Positions 41,501-57,525 of a DNA stretch of 64,000 nucleotides are shown here, piece by piece. Each line of letters starts with the position of its first letter. Position 1 is the first letter of the stretch. The translations under genes and the position numbers were made by a program. The stretch spans positions 368,819 through 432,818 of the forward strand of contig CAJFCJ010000007.1 of NCBI GenBank assembly GCA_904063045.1, read 5' to 3'. The stretch is from Dimorphilus gyrociliatus (taxonomy: Eukaryota > Animalia > Annelida). The notes under the pieces were generated by a model. It was not told the origin of the DNA, ran no database searches, and saw nothing but the letters and a program-made list of their open reading frames with translations.

Positions 41501-41595
41501 CAGTTGAAGCCTTTCTACTTACTTCACCCCCAGTTACACCATCTTCCAGTTCAGGAAATATGGAATCTTCAATTGCGCAGCAAACTTCTCTGTGA
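38512..41595 (+). CDS. Uncharacterised multi-pass membrane protein (signal peptide, Cys-rich ectodomain, about 8 TM helices) with C-terminal peptidase C76-like domain; exons 38512-40836 and 40912-41595
   Basis: Two long ORFs (782 and 237 aa) are joined in frame by a 75-nt GT-AG intron (ATG|gtagga ... ttacag|CGT). The hydrophobicity pattern is read directly from the translation. The tail AFLLTIGNTTFALSKLDNTLFAFNSNCHG...GAVLLTTEF resembles metazoan herpes-tegument-DUB-like (C76) domains. Confidence 0.8.
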
Positions 41596-42932
41596 GTCTT
41601 TCTATGTGCCTCGGGTAAAAAATTAAAAACTCTTTTTTTTTTTGAATCCATATTTTGTTTGTTTTGAACTGGTATGCTTGTTTGTTTGTTTGTTTGTTTA
41701 TCTATTTATCTATTTTTATACACAAAACCATTTTAAAAAAGAATTGGGTAAACTTAGAAAGTGAATTTAAAAATTCTCATTAGAAATTGTATAATGTTGT
41801 AACGAATGTAGTTCTTGAATAGTCTAATTTGTTCAATTGTTTTCAATACACCGAATAAAAGAACATTTTATAAAATACCGATAGATGGCGTATTTTTTTA
41901 GAACAAAAACAAAGCACATAACTAAGCACATAACTAAGACTGGTACCTTCTTGATACAACATACATGTTTGATTTTATTTAATACTACACAAGGGAACAA
42001 AACTTCTTGTATTTTTATCATTTTTTCTATGAAAGCAAGAGTTAAATGTACAAAGTGACCTTTTAAATTTTCTATTGATTATTAACACGTGCCTGAACTT
42101 CGTGTCTTCCGGTACTTTAAAATAAGGTAAAATAGCGGCGTTGAAGTTACGCAACTATTATTATATAATAGACGTCCAAACACCCTTGGTGTGACCTATG
42201 TGGCATTGGTTAAAAATGGAGGTTACGACTTACTAATTAATTCGCACGTAATAGTATAATTCTATACGTATCTTTGTTTCATAAGTTAACATAAAAGCTT
42301 TAAATATAAAAAGTTTATCATACTCTTATCATTATCGTATATATAGAATAAGGAAACAAAGGCCTAACTTGCCTGGATAAATTGAAAGTGTTTACATAAA
42401 AACACGATTGGAATAGAAATCGGACAGAATTCGGCTAACAGGCCTACTAACCGAAATCCATATCAAGGACATTGCTAATTTGCATAAGTAAGGTAGAGCA
42501 GTGTTTTATACAGTTATTAATCAATTTTAACAAGTATATAAAGTGAAAAACATTAAATAATAATCGATATTTTAATCATATTCTTAAATTTTATGTGAGT
42601 TTGTATTGAAAAATCGTCTATTTTACGAATGGAAAAAGCAACGGAAATTTACACTGGCAAAACCCTCCACCCCCATTCTTGAACTGATCGTCAAGCAGTC
42701 AGCTGATTATCGGTTATAGACTGCATTTCGCTGGTTTTCACCCTCCTAACTGTACGGTTTTGGTAGGAACTCAAAATCAGTTCATTTGGATCATCTTGGC
42801 AGTCCATTTGTTCGATATACACATCTAAATCGAAAGTATTTGGTGAGAAAACGGTCGAAATAAGGAAAATATTTTTCAGTTTCTTTGTCGGCAAAATTTT
42901 TCTAAGAAATTACTTAGTCGAGTTACGATATT

Positions 42933-43648
42933 ATGGCTTTATATTCGAACAAAAACCTAAATTGCTACGATTCCGATGGACTTCCAGCTTTAAAAAGAAT
43001 CAAGTGGTCCTTAAAGACCTTTTTCTCTCCTAGTCAATCCGATTCAGGGATGAATATTTTCGAGCAGTGCCTACCCACGGGCACAAAATATTCAACATTA
43101 TCGGGTAAGTTGAAAATGATTTATGCATGTCTATATATGTTTTTGATACTTGACAATTATTAATTACCTTCTTATCAATTATAGATGAATTACAAATGGG
43201 GTACGATTTTTATAAAGTCAGCTTTAGAGACGGGTTAGACAAAGCGCATTGTGATCTTGTAGAAAATCGTGTCCGAATGGCAGTGAGAGGCGAAGAAAAG
43301 AAACATATAAAAAAATTACAAGTTAGAAAAGGAGAATTGTCTCGTGCAGTTGCCGATATAGTTCGTCTCTCTGAACACGAGCCTTATGGTTTACGGGGTT
43401 GTACCCTTCGCATTTTCGTTCAACGTTCCGATAGATCTGTGTTATCATTTGGTGCTATTCAATTTGACGACGATACTGTTTCAACTTTTGAGCTGCATTT
43501 AATGTTGTTCGAACAATCGAAGTGGCAAGGTATTTCGAACGCCATCCGTCCGTTTGTTAACATTGTTCGCTCAAAACCGTTGCCAGAAAATGTTTTTATA
43601 GCTTCTGGTTTTACTCTTGTTCGTCATAAACTGTATGGACAGTTTTGA
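42933..43648 (+). CDS. DDIT4: DNA damage-inducible transcript 4 (REDD1/scylla/charybde)-like mTOR repressor; exons 42933-43104 and 43185-43648
   Basis: RTP801_C signature IVRLSEHEPYGLRGCTLRI...DDDTVSTFELHLML...IASGFTLVRHKLY; phase-1 intron gtaagt...atag. Confidence 0.85.
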
Positions 43649-44091
43649 AAAAGTTCTCTTTTTTCGTCAAAGATATAACTTCTTGTTATTTTTTTTTGTG
43701 AAGCCATTTGATACAACATATGTTTTTCTTAGACATTCTGCTATATTTATCGTTTCCTGTAAATTTGTTAAAGTGGTAGTGCGCTACACGTAATGCATTT
43801 CTCCTTGTACAAGACGCATTGTTTGTTGATAAGTTAGTGAACGATAAAAGTGCAAAAATTTCGGAGGTGAATGGCGATTTATATCGAGTTCGAAAATCTT
43901 TTGTCATTAGATTTGAGTAAGTTACGTTTAGCGCGTTACGCCTCAATTTAATACAATTTTCATTCCTTTCCACCTGCGTGTGTGTTAAGGATGTCAAAGT
44001 TTTTTTGAAAAAAAAACAAGATCTGTTCAGAAATTTCTTAAAAAAAAATTATTCAAATATAGACAACTTTAGACAATTTTTTCATTATATT

Positions 44092-44122
<31 letters not shown>

Positions 44123-44458
44123 CGAAACTATATATTCATATATATATATATTCTATTATGTATATATTACTTTATAATTGTAAGAAAACAAAAAAGACCA
44201 ACCACAAAAAAAGGTTCATAGTGTGTATGAATTTGTTAATTTTAAAAGAGTAAACATGTTTACGACTATAAATTTTGAATAAATTGGAAAAAATTGATGA
44301 ATAAAAAGTCAAAAATAGATATTCTATTAGAAGTTCGTTTCTATTTTTAATAACCTGACCTGCCTATAGTATAGAAAAAAAATAGGGTATGAATAGCCCG
44401 TAGGCCTAGTATGCTATACTTAATCGCTTGGCTAGAGACATCTGCTAGTGAAAAAAAA

Positions 44459-45064
44459 ATGTCTATCTCTATTTTCTTCGCCCTATTTATATTTTCTGGT
44501 TATTTAACTAAAGGTAGGGTTGCTAGTGATGATTTCTATACCTTTGAGGCGGTTGATATTAATGGACAAGTGGTTAATATGGAAAATTATCGGGGGAAAG
44601 TTGTATTGATAGTCAACGTTGCTAGCCAATGCGGCTTTACAGACGGCCATTATTCCTCCTTGCCAACTCTACAAGAACTTTTGGGAAAAAATAATAAATT
44701 TCAAGTTTTAGCCTTCCCTTGCAATCAGTTTGGGGGACAAGAACCTTGGACAAACAAAGAGATAAAGAACTGGGTCACAAATAAATATAAATTAAATTTT
44801 CCACTATTTTCAAAAATTAATGTCATTGAAGAGAATGTTCATCCTATATTTCAATACGTGATTAAATTGAGTGGAAAGGAGCCAAACTGGAACTTTTGGA
44901 AATATTTAATTGATCATACAGGTAAAGTTCAGCACGCTTGGGGGCCGTGGTCTGATATTGAAGAAATATTTCCATACGTAAAAACTGCAGTTGAGATGGC
45001 AGAGAAAATTGTAGAAAATGACGGAGATAAACACGATAGAACAATAGTTCGAGATGATTTATAA
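44459..45064 (+). CDS. GPX7: Cysteine-type glutathione peroxidase, GPX7-like (ER lumen), intronless
   Basis: Signal peptide, VNVASQCGFT (catalytic Cys codon TGC at 44630), LAFPCNQFGGQEP, EPNWNFWKYL, and C-terminal ER-retention RDDL. Confidence 0.9.
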   Translation: MSISIFFALFIFSGYLTKGRVASDDFYTFEAVDINGQVVNMENYRGKVVLIVNVASQCGFTDGHYSSLPTLQELLGKNNKFQVLAFPCNQFGGQEPWTNKEIKNWVTNKYKLNFPLFSKINVIEENVHPIFQYVIKLSGKEPNWNFWKYLIDHTGKVQHAWGPWSDIEEIFPYVKTAVEMAEKIVENDGDKHDRTIVRDDL

Positions 45065-47673
45065 TATGATTGTTCGCATAGTCATTATTTTTGTAATAAA
45101 ACCTTTCTAAGTAGACAGTCGTTTCTTACATTCTATTGTCATTTAGTGTCAATTTTTTTTCTTTATTAGGTTAAATATTCCAATGTTGCCTTAGTTACAA
45201 TTGAAATATTTAAAGATACATAAACTTTTACTGATAACGTACTTGACAACGTACGATACACCATACACGTTAACATATACAACGCACGTTGATTCATTTC
45301 TACTTTCTATCTGTCACTAGTCACTTACACACATATATTTATTTATTTCTTTCTTAGCCCCTATATTTCAATCTCTCTCTCTCTTTCTACTATTACTATT
45401 TCTTCTCTTGCCTTATTTTCTCTTTCTTCTTTCTATCAATCCCCTACCTTTGTCACCGCCCCTGGATTATATTTATTTTCTAATTACATATTCAGCTTTT
45501 CTTTACTATATTAGCTTTTTTTGGCACTTGTATCAATCGTCACTAAATTAATCTTTAAAACTAAGCTTAATTTTTTTGTTGTAAGTCTCACTGTCAAAAA
45601 AAAACCGACCGTTAAAAGTTGAAAAGTTTTGTCTTTTCTCAAATGCCTATCCACTTCTTATATTTATAAACAAATATATGGTATAAATCAATGTTAATTA
45701 AACAGAGAACCATATCGAATAATCGATTGGACTCACTGTTCAAAATACACTAAAAAAAATAAACGACTATTTGCTATGTTGAGATTTGACGCCCACATAA
45801 AAAAAACGATCTGACGTCATTAGTTGCTTGTTTTCAGTCTCTTTTAACCCTTTTAGGTTTTTATCCGATACGGCGGAAACAATTAAGGAAAGAATTTTTG
45901 AGCTAATATCTTTAATTGTTGCTAAAATTAGACTCTTTTTAACTATATATTGGTAGAATTAACGTAAAAGTAGCTCTGCTGAAGACTTTGCCCTTTTACA
46001 ATATTAGAAATGCTTGAACTCCCCTCCCCCTTCCCCAATTATTTAGATTGTCGTATTCGGAGACTTTTAAGGACTTATTTACCAAACCTATTTTCACTGT
46101 TTTACCGTCTAATTATTCTTTTTCCTCTTTACAGACATGTCAAAAATGTTAAGAGAGGTGTGTTAACCTAAAAACAAGGTGTGTGAACGATCTAATGAAA
46201 TTACTCAGTATGTCAATAGCCCAATTAATGGCAAAGCGCTGATCACTTTAAGGTCAGCATTCGGGTAAAATAAATGCCAAAACCTATCAATCTTACATTT
46301 TAACATTTACCTTTGACATTATATAACAAATATGGATATTGTTTGCCAGAGTTTGTTACTGATTATATAATTTACTATTATTACTTTATCATATCTTCAT
46401 TTTTTCCAGTTGTTTTTCATTATCTAAGTAATAAACATCTCGAATAAAATTATTATTTTATGTTTTACGACAGTTTTTTTTAGTTATAAACCAGATTGAA
46501 AATGTTATATTTAAGTAAGAAATACCTCCATTCCTTCTTTTATTCTTTAGTTCTATTTGATCAATATAGGACTATACACATTTAATACTTGACAGTTTTT
46601 TATTCGGTTAAACAAAGAAAAAAAATATTGTCGCCGTCCATTTTGACTGATATTTGCTAGTTAAATTGCATTTTTTTTTATGTAATTTATAGATTTGGGA
46701 GAAAAATTCTCTCTCTATCTCTCTCTCTTTCTTTCTTTTTTCACTCTCTCCTAACAAATAGAGGGAGAGATATCCCATACAGAAAGCGCGCATGCAGAGA
46801 TACACACACGCACGTACAAAACGCGAAATATTCGTTCGCTTAATGACTGTTTTTTCTAAGATATTATTAAAAATTAATATGAAAGTAATTATTATTTAAT
46901 AGTGATTGGTGGAAAGGATAATAAATGAAAATAGGATTCAAAACATCAGATGAGAGGAAAAATAAATAATAGACCAAAATAATATAAAAAGAGATAGAGG
47001 GATTGATAGATTGATTGACTGACAGATAGGTGTGAAAAAGGGGGGGAAAAGAGAGAGAGAGAGAGAAAGTAAGAAATACTTAAGATTAAATAGAAAAAGG
47101 ACAAAAAACAATAAAAACCATTTAATTAAGTAAAAAATAAAAAACTAAAGTATGTCAAGCTAGGATTACATCTTTTTAAAAAATTTTTATTCAAGTATTA
47201 CTCAATCCAATTTGAAGATTCAAGCGAACGTGTCTCGTACCTTTGTAAGTAAAGTATAAATTGTCCTTTTATTTTGTCTGATAAGGTCTATATAAAAAGG
47301 AAAGATGAAAGAAATAATTAAGTAAACGTTAAAGACTAGTTGTGTCTGTTAGAAAAGCTTAACGTTTATTCATACAGAGTATACCTTTATATATAAAGTA
47401 TATGGATAAATATAATTTACTTACTCTTTCTCTCTTATTCGAAACCCTCTGAACATAGTATAAACTTTATTCATAGAAGTGTTTTCGTTTTCTCATCTTT
47501 TAGGCCTAGAAAGCAGAAAACAACAGATTTATCTGGTGAATGAAAAAATAAAGTCAGATATTTATAAAATCTGAGGAAAAACATTTACTACGAAAGATAA
47601 TCTACATCAGATTTATACTTATAAATATATATTTGTTTTGTACATATATATGTATATTGAAAGAAAATCTGCA

Positions 47674-48273
47674 ATGGAAAATGGTAGAGACAGCGTTTCC
47701 TGTGTCCTAATAGGCGATGACAACGTGGGCAAATCTTGTTTAGTTAAAGTATTAACTGATGGAAAATTTTTGAAAGAAGTGTCGAAAACCATTCAGGAAA
47801 GTTATTCTAAATTAGTTGTCTTCCGAGAAAAATGTATTAATCTTATAATTCACGAGACGGCGGGGGAAGATAAATATAAAATATTAAGATCACTGTGGTA
47901 TAGTGGATCAGATATTGCTATTATTTGCTTTTCGACCGTTGATAGAGCATCGTTTGAGAATATTTTTAGTAAATGGTTGCCAGAAATAACCCAATATTTC
48001 AAAGGAAAGCCTATTTTATTAGTTGGAACTAAATCCGATTTGAAAAAAGGCTCTGTGAAAAATCCTCTTCAAAGAAGATCATCAATTGTTTCTTTTAATG
48101 AAGGATGTAGAGCGGCCGAGGAAATTGGAGCAGCATTTTATCTAGAGTGTTCATCTAGGAAGGATTCACAAAGTGTTTGGAATGTATTTGAGAAAAGTAT
48201 TGAATTAACATTCCTACCTCAGCAATTTCAACTAAAAAAGAAGAAAATTAATAAAACCTGCTCCATACAATAA
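47674..48273 (+). CDS. Atypical Rho-family small GTPase, intronless CDS
   Basis: GDDNVGKS, ETAGEDKYKILRSLWYSGSD, SFENIFSKWLPEI, PILLVGTKSDL, Rho insert region, YLECSS, polybasic KKKKINK and CAAX CSIQ. Confidence 0.9.
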   Translation: MENGRDSVSCVLIGDDNVGKSCLVKVLTDGKFLKEVSKTIQESYSKLVVFREKCINLIIHETAGEDKYKILRSLWYSGSDIAIICFSTVDRASFENIFSKWLPEITQYFKGKPILLVGTKSDLKKGSVKNPLQRRSSIVSFNEGCRAAEEIGAAFYLECSSRKDSQSVWNVFEKSIELTFLPQQFQLKKKKINKTCSIQ

Positions 48274-49096
48274 ACTATTATTAACTTAATAATTTATTCA
48301 TTACATTTCTATAAATAAAAACTCTCTGTTAATTAAGATAGAAAATTAATTTTTGCTATTATGCCTCATTCCGCTTGACAGGGAACACTAAGTGCCATCT
48401 TGCGTCTATTATAGGGAGATTGGGCAAGTGAATTCCCATAGGAGGTTTATATTAATTATTGACTTAAAAATGAAAAAAAATGTGATAGGATATATACTCC
48501 GCTCATCAAAGTACCGGAGGTTATAAATTCCTCTTCCTAAAGATAATACAATATATTTATAACTTCTTCCGTTGCCGGAAGATAGAAGACATATTCTCTT
48601 AGAATGAAAAATCTGATACTTTATAAAAGAGGAAATGAACAATTTTGTTAAAACATTGAAAACTAGTTAAATCAAATAAAACTCACAGAAAGATTAAAGA
48701 AAGAAAGCTTATATATTTGTTGTATAAGAAGTTTGTATTCTGATAAAAGCGTTACTCTGATTGAACAAACTGCACTCACGAAAAAACAAATAAGCAAAAA
48801 AAAAAGGCAACAAATGAAAAGCTCGCATTTTTTTAAAAAAACAAAAATTAATTTATATCACAGACTAGACGCTTCACGTCACGATTGTCTCTATATAATT
48901 TAAATTTAAAATTATATATGCTTAGGGAAATACTTTAAAAGGATTTGGAGCGGTCTGAGGGGGAAAGAGAGAGGAGTAGGGAGGGAGAAATTATTTTAAG
49001 AAAAAATAAAACGAAATAAGTATGCATAAGTGAAATACTGTGAATTGTTTACAAAGCAGGGCGGGCAATTATTCCTCTTAAAAGATAAATTAAAAG

Positions 49097-52831
<3,735 letters not shown>

Positions 52832-53188
52832 ATTTACTATGTCTTGACGAGTATACTGAATGTTCAAAACGTGTTCGGACAGGAATGGTTGGTTAGGTAT
52901 AAAGTATTTCTACCACAGATGTTCAGCAGCAAACGTAGCAACGAATCGCCCGTACACTCCTCTATATCGATCGATCTCTAGTGAACAAATTTTTATAGCC
53001 CAAAAACCTGCTTTATCCCACAGAAGTTGCCAAATATACAGAGATTTACTTAACAAACAAACACACCCAAATTCTAAAATGCATATGATTGAAAGTCTCA
53101 TTATACTTTTAAATGTGATATTTAAAATTTAATACATACATTAATCACTTAGAAATCAAAGAGATGTTATTTTTGTTTCTACTGCCAG

Positions 53189-53200
53189 GCCGCCATTTTG
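53189..53200. promoter_or_regulatory. YY1-type element in KIF24 / P-loop gene divergent promoter
   Basis: Exact GCCGCCATTTTG, matching the YY1 consensus, between divergently oriented genes. Confidence 0.5.
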
Positions 53201-53243
53201 AATGTGTACTATAGCGCTACAGTAATTGTAGCCTATGCACGTT

Positions 53244-53260
53244 CGTCAGATGGCGCTAGC
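53244..53260 (+). promoter_or_regulatory. CTCF-like motif
   Basis: CGTCAGATGGCGCTAGC resembles the CTCF core (CCASYAGRKGGCGCTA). Confidence 0.4.
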
Positions 53261-53879
53261 GGTCAGATCTTAGCTTCTCTGTACATTAGCCTGAATACAT
53301 TATAGTATTTGTACCAAAACGAAAATACAAATTCTTATTGGTGGAATCGTTACAACGATATAGTTTTTTTTGGATATAATACTACAATTTTAGAGTTTCT
53401 TGGCTGAATGAATGCTCAAAGCAATCCTAATTTTAGTCGATCAAATTCGTAAGTTGAACTTTGTCATCTAGTTATATGTATATAGAGAGTACACCTAAGA
53501 TATAAATATAAAGCAGACCTAATGGGCTACGGTAGTCTATTTGCCCTAATTCAATAATAGTAAAATTTGTTCTTCAAGTTTCGACTCATATGTGTGATAT
53601 ACAGTTACAAATAAATGAAATTAGTATAATTAGCAACCCAGATTAATAGCTCTTAAGCCTGTTTTAAAACATCCTGTGACTAAAAGGTCAATAAACCCGA
53701 CACGTATCATATTTTAGTTATACCGTTAGTGTATTCTTTTCTCCTATATAACAGATTCTGGAAATTATATCTCATAAAATTACTTTTATTGAAAAACCCC
53801 ATAATACTTAACTTTCTTATGGGATAGTCCTTCGATTCCTACTCCTGGTTATTTATATTACTTTTTACTTTTTTTATAG

Positions 53880-55198
53880 GAGATGTGGTAGACCGGAAAC
53901 AAACAAATATGACGACGAAATTCGTAAGTGTCAATCTAAAATCCTATATATATGGGGACCAGAGTGGTCAGGAGTTACAACTGAGTTAGAATATATAAAA
54001 TCTCATTTAAGAGACAAAGATGGGAAGGCTTTCGATCATTGTTTCTATACTACTCTCAAACATATGACGGATAAGGAGAGTGTCAAAATTGGCCAGACTT
54101 TAAAAATAGTCCTTCAAAAGTGGATCATGGGCATAGATCCAGAGGCTATAGATGTTCCAGGTTTGAATTGGGTGACTCCTTTAATAGGAGTCTTTGAGCG
54201 TAAATTTCAAGAACGTTTCCTTATAGTAATTGATGATATGGATCGTCTACGAGATATTAATGACGACGAAGAAGATATACGCCAGAATTTGTGTAATCTA
54301 GCAAAACATGAAAACGTCTATTTACTACTAGGAAGTCATGCGGATATGGTAATATCAATTGGACATGAAATAAAAATTCGTCTAGAAAAAATCACTGAAG
54401 AAAGATATCCTTATAAATTTGCTAAAATCATACAAGGGTTGCCTCCAATGATAAAACTTCTTGACAACCTGGTTAAAGACGGTATTGTAGGAGATGATGA
54501 AATGCTTCAAAAGCAACTTAACGAAATGGACAAATCAGAGCTGTTGAAGATTTTTGGACGTAAAGATTTGATGAAGGAAGATAGACTGGGTAACAATCTA
54601 ATTTATGAAATATTTTGAATAATCTAACTAACTAGTTTATATACATATCTTTAAAGATCTTCGAGTTAAAAGTGTTATAAAGGATTTCGAATCCGTCTTA
54701 GAAAATGGTAAAGAAATTAAACGCAAAATAGCTGAAGGCGAATATGACATTCAAAAGCTTCTTGGAAATGATAAAGGTATAGGAGGGAATTACATAAATA
54801 TTTTTATTAAAAAAGGCTACTTATTATTGTAGATAAAACCCGGTTTACTGATAATTTGATAAATCTTATGGAGTTGCATTCCAAAGGAATTATTCAGAGA
54901 GATGATATGTCAATTGCATTTTACAATGCATATGTCGAAGATAAGTGTAAGTATTAAAGAGAATTTGACATTTTTTTCTGTAATTAAATACTAATTGTAT
55001 TGTTTCCAAAATCTAGTAAAAACCATCCTTTCTCAAGAGATTGATAGTGAAAATGATAAAGAAATGGTATAAAAAATGTCTACGATTGTTTAATTACTAA
55101 TAATAAATTTATTATAGAACAATGATCTTAATAGGAATGATACAGTGCCAGAAAGTGAACCAGCATCTCTAGATTTTATAAACATAAGAAGAAAGTAA
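53880..55198 (+). CDS. Uncharacterised protein with degenerate P-loop NTPase (STAND/AAA+-like) domain; 5' end unresolved
   Basis: Open frame from ~53880 with ILYIWGPEWSGVTT (Walker A-like) and FLIVIDDMDRL (Walker B). Four further short exons splice in frame to TAA at 55196-55198. Confidence 0.6.
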
Positions 55199-55635
55199 TG
55201 AATTAGTTTTTAATCAAGTTTATCCGCTCAGTCAACTCACCCATAAATTTTTTGTTTATGGATGTTTACTTTCCGATAGATAGTTTTATACCTGTGGTTT
55301 AATGTCCGTAATATACAGTATAAATATGTATATACATTATATATTTATTTATCTATATATATTGTATTAGTGAATAAATTTATATATATATATGTATATA
55401 TAATATGCCTGTCTTATGAACAGGTTTGTAGAAATTTAAAAAATATTACAAATTTATCATTAAAAATTAATTCACTTTACATGTATTCGCTAACACATTT
55501 TTGATGTGTTTAATAGAAAAGTGACAGATGTATAGTTATAACATAAAATTAAACAATTACAGCTGATGCCTAATTTGAAAACTGTGTAAAAAGCTGATAA
55601 TTTGATATTGTAATTTGGCTTTTAGCATCGATGCG

Positions 55636-57100
55636 ATGGAGCAATTTCTAAGGAATATAGGTATTTGCACTCTAGTTTATATAGCCCTACGGATTGTTTG
55701 GTATGCCAGGAAGTTTGTTAGGCAATTTTTTCTTAGCAACAATTTCAATTTTAAAGCTTGTGGGGAATGGGCGGGTAAGTAACCTTTTTATTCAATTTTC
55801 CAAGAGAAATAAAATGAATGTTAATGATATATTAACCTTATAATAAAATATTATCTTCAGTCGTAACTGGAGCAACCGATGGTATAGGAAAGGCGTACGC
55901 CTGTCAGGTATTGACTTTTTCATTCGTCTTCCGTGGACCTTTCGTATGAACTTTAACTCCAATAAAATGAATTACATAGCTAGCCGAACGTGGTATGAAA
56001 ATATGTCTGATTAGCCGAAATCCTAAAAAATTGGCGAGAGTAGCAAAAGAATTAGGTAAGAAGGAATGTTGTTTTTCAACATATATGCAGTAAATGTATA
56101 TATATAATATAAATAATATATATATATATATATAGTGTATATATTCTGAAAACTATCACAAGATGGAGAGTTTTAGTAATTGCTTGTAGTTTCAAAAGGA
56201 AATTTAATTGATAATGATAAAGAAGATGCACCTATTAGTTTTAATTAGTTAGCTACTTTGTAGTTTGACCTGTATCTCTTTTTTCCTTTTTTTTCCTCAG
56301 GTTTTTTGATAAAAATTTCCTTTGACAATAATATCAATTTCAAAGGAATCAAACTGACAGAAGTTAATTTTTTGCAGAGAGCCAATACAATGTTGAAACT
56401 AAGACTATAGCGGCAGACTGTTGTAAAACAGATATCTACGAAACAATTGATGATGAATTAAAAGAAATTGACATAGGAGTCCTCGTTAATAACGTTGGAA
56501 TAGGTCTTGGGCGAAATTACGTTCATAATATAACCGACCGAAATGACATTAAAAATATTATTATATGCAATATGTTACCACTGACAATGTTATCTCACTC
56601 TGTTCTACCATCAATGATAAAAAAGCGGAATGGAATTATCATTAACGTTGGCTCCATATCTGGAACATTCGTTCAACCTTTTAAAGTAATTTATGGAGCT
56701 ACAAAAGCTTACACAGATCTCTTTTCAAGGTAAATTTCACTCTGCATAACTAATTTATTCTCCCTTTTAACTTCCTTTTACTCTCCCCTTTATTAGATCT
56801 CTTCAAGAGGAGGTACGGGAATTTGGGATTATTGTTCAAAGTGTGCTTCCCTCATATGTTAGTACGAAATTGGTTGGACATATGAGTGTAAATTTTAGCG
56901 TACCACTGCCAGAAAAGTATGTTAGATCTGCCTTGAATACAGTAGGAGTCGAAAGTCGAACATTCGGTTATATTCAACATGCTTTACAAGGCTTAATATT
57001 CAACTCTCCCGAATCATTTTATCATGCTTTAATGAAGCAAGAGTATGAAGAAGTTAAGAAATCGATAAAGTCTAACAAAATTAAAAAATACATAGAATAA
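55636..57100 (+). CDS. HSD17B12: Very-long-chain 3-oxoacyl-CoA reductase / 17-beta-HSD12-like short-chain dehydrogenase, multi-exon
   Basis: N-terminal TM, GEWAVVTGATDGIGKAYA, LISRNPKKL, IGVLVNNVG, GIIINVGSISG, catalytic YGATK, VQSVLPSYVSTKL, RTFGYIQHALQ. Confidence 0.85.
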
Positions 57101-57525
57101 GAAGAAATATAAATTTATATATACAGAATATTTATATAGAATATATAGACAATAAATAGCAGTGGGTGTTGGTGGAAGAGATAAACACTAATTAAAAAAT
57201 ACAAAATAAACATAGAACATCGAAATTTGTATCTGTATACTGTATTGCATCAATTACTGTCCTTCCACCTAGCTCTAGCTTTCTCGAAGGCGTTCTGGAA
57301 TCTTTAGTAATTACTTTTTTAAAGAAATGGTGACAGTATAGAGTAGAGTGGACTGTAATTCCTTTTTTTTCTTATTCGAAAATGAAAAAGAAGAAAAGGA
57401 AATTTTTAGCGGATAAAAAGAGTTATCCTCAATGAGATTGTTGTTTTCTCTCCCCTACTAACTTTGCTGTTCTATAAAAAAAATTTCAGGCTAGTAACAC
57501 AAAATAATAGGTTATTCTTGTTTAC

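Noticed and set aside
42629-42682. 17-codon uORF upstream of DDIT4
   Set aside because: The TSS is unknown and such short ORFs are expected by chance.
44630-45300. Possible selenoprotein/SECIS for the glutathione peroxidase
   Set aside because: The catalytic codon is TGC (Cys), not TGA; no SECIS needed or seen.
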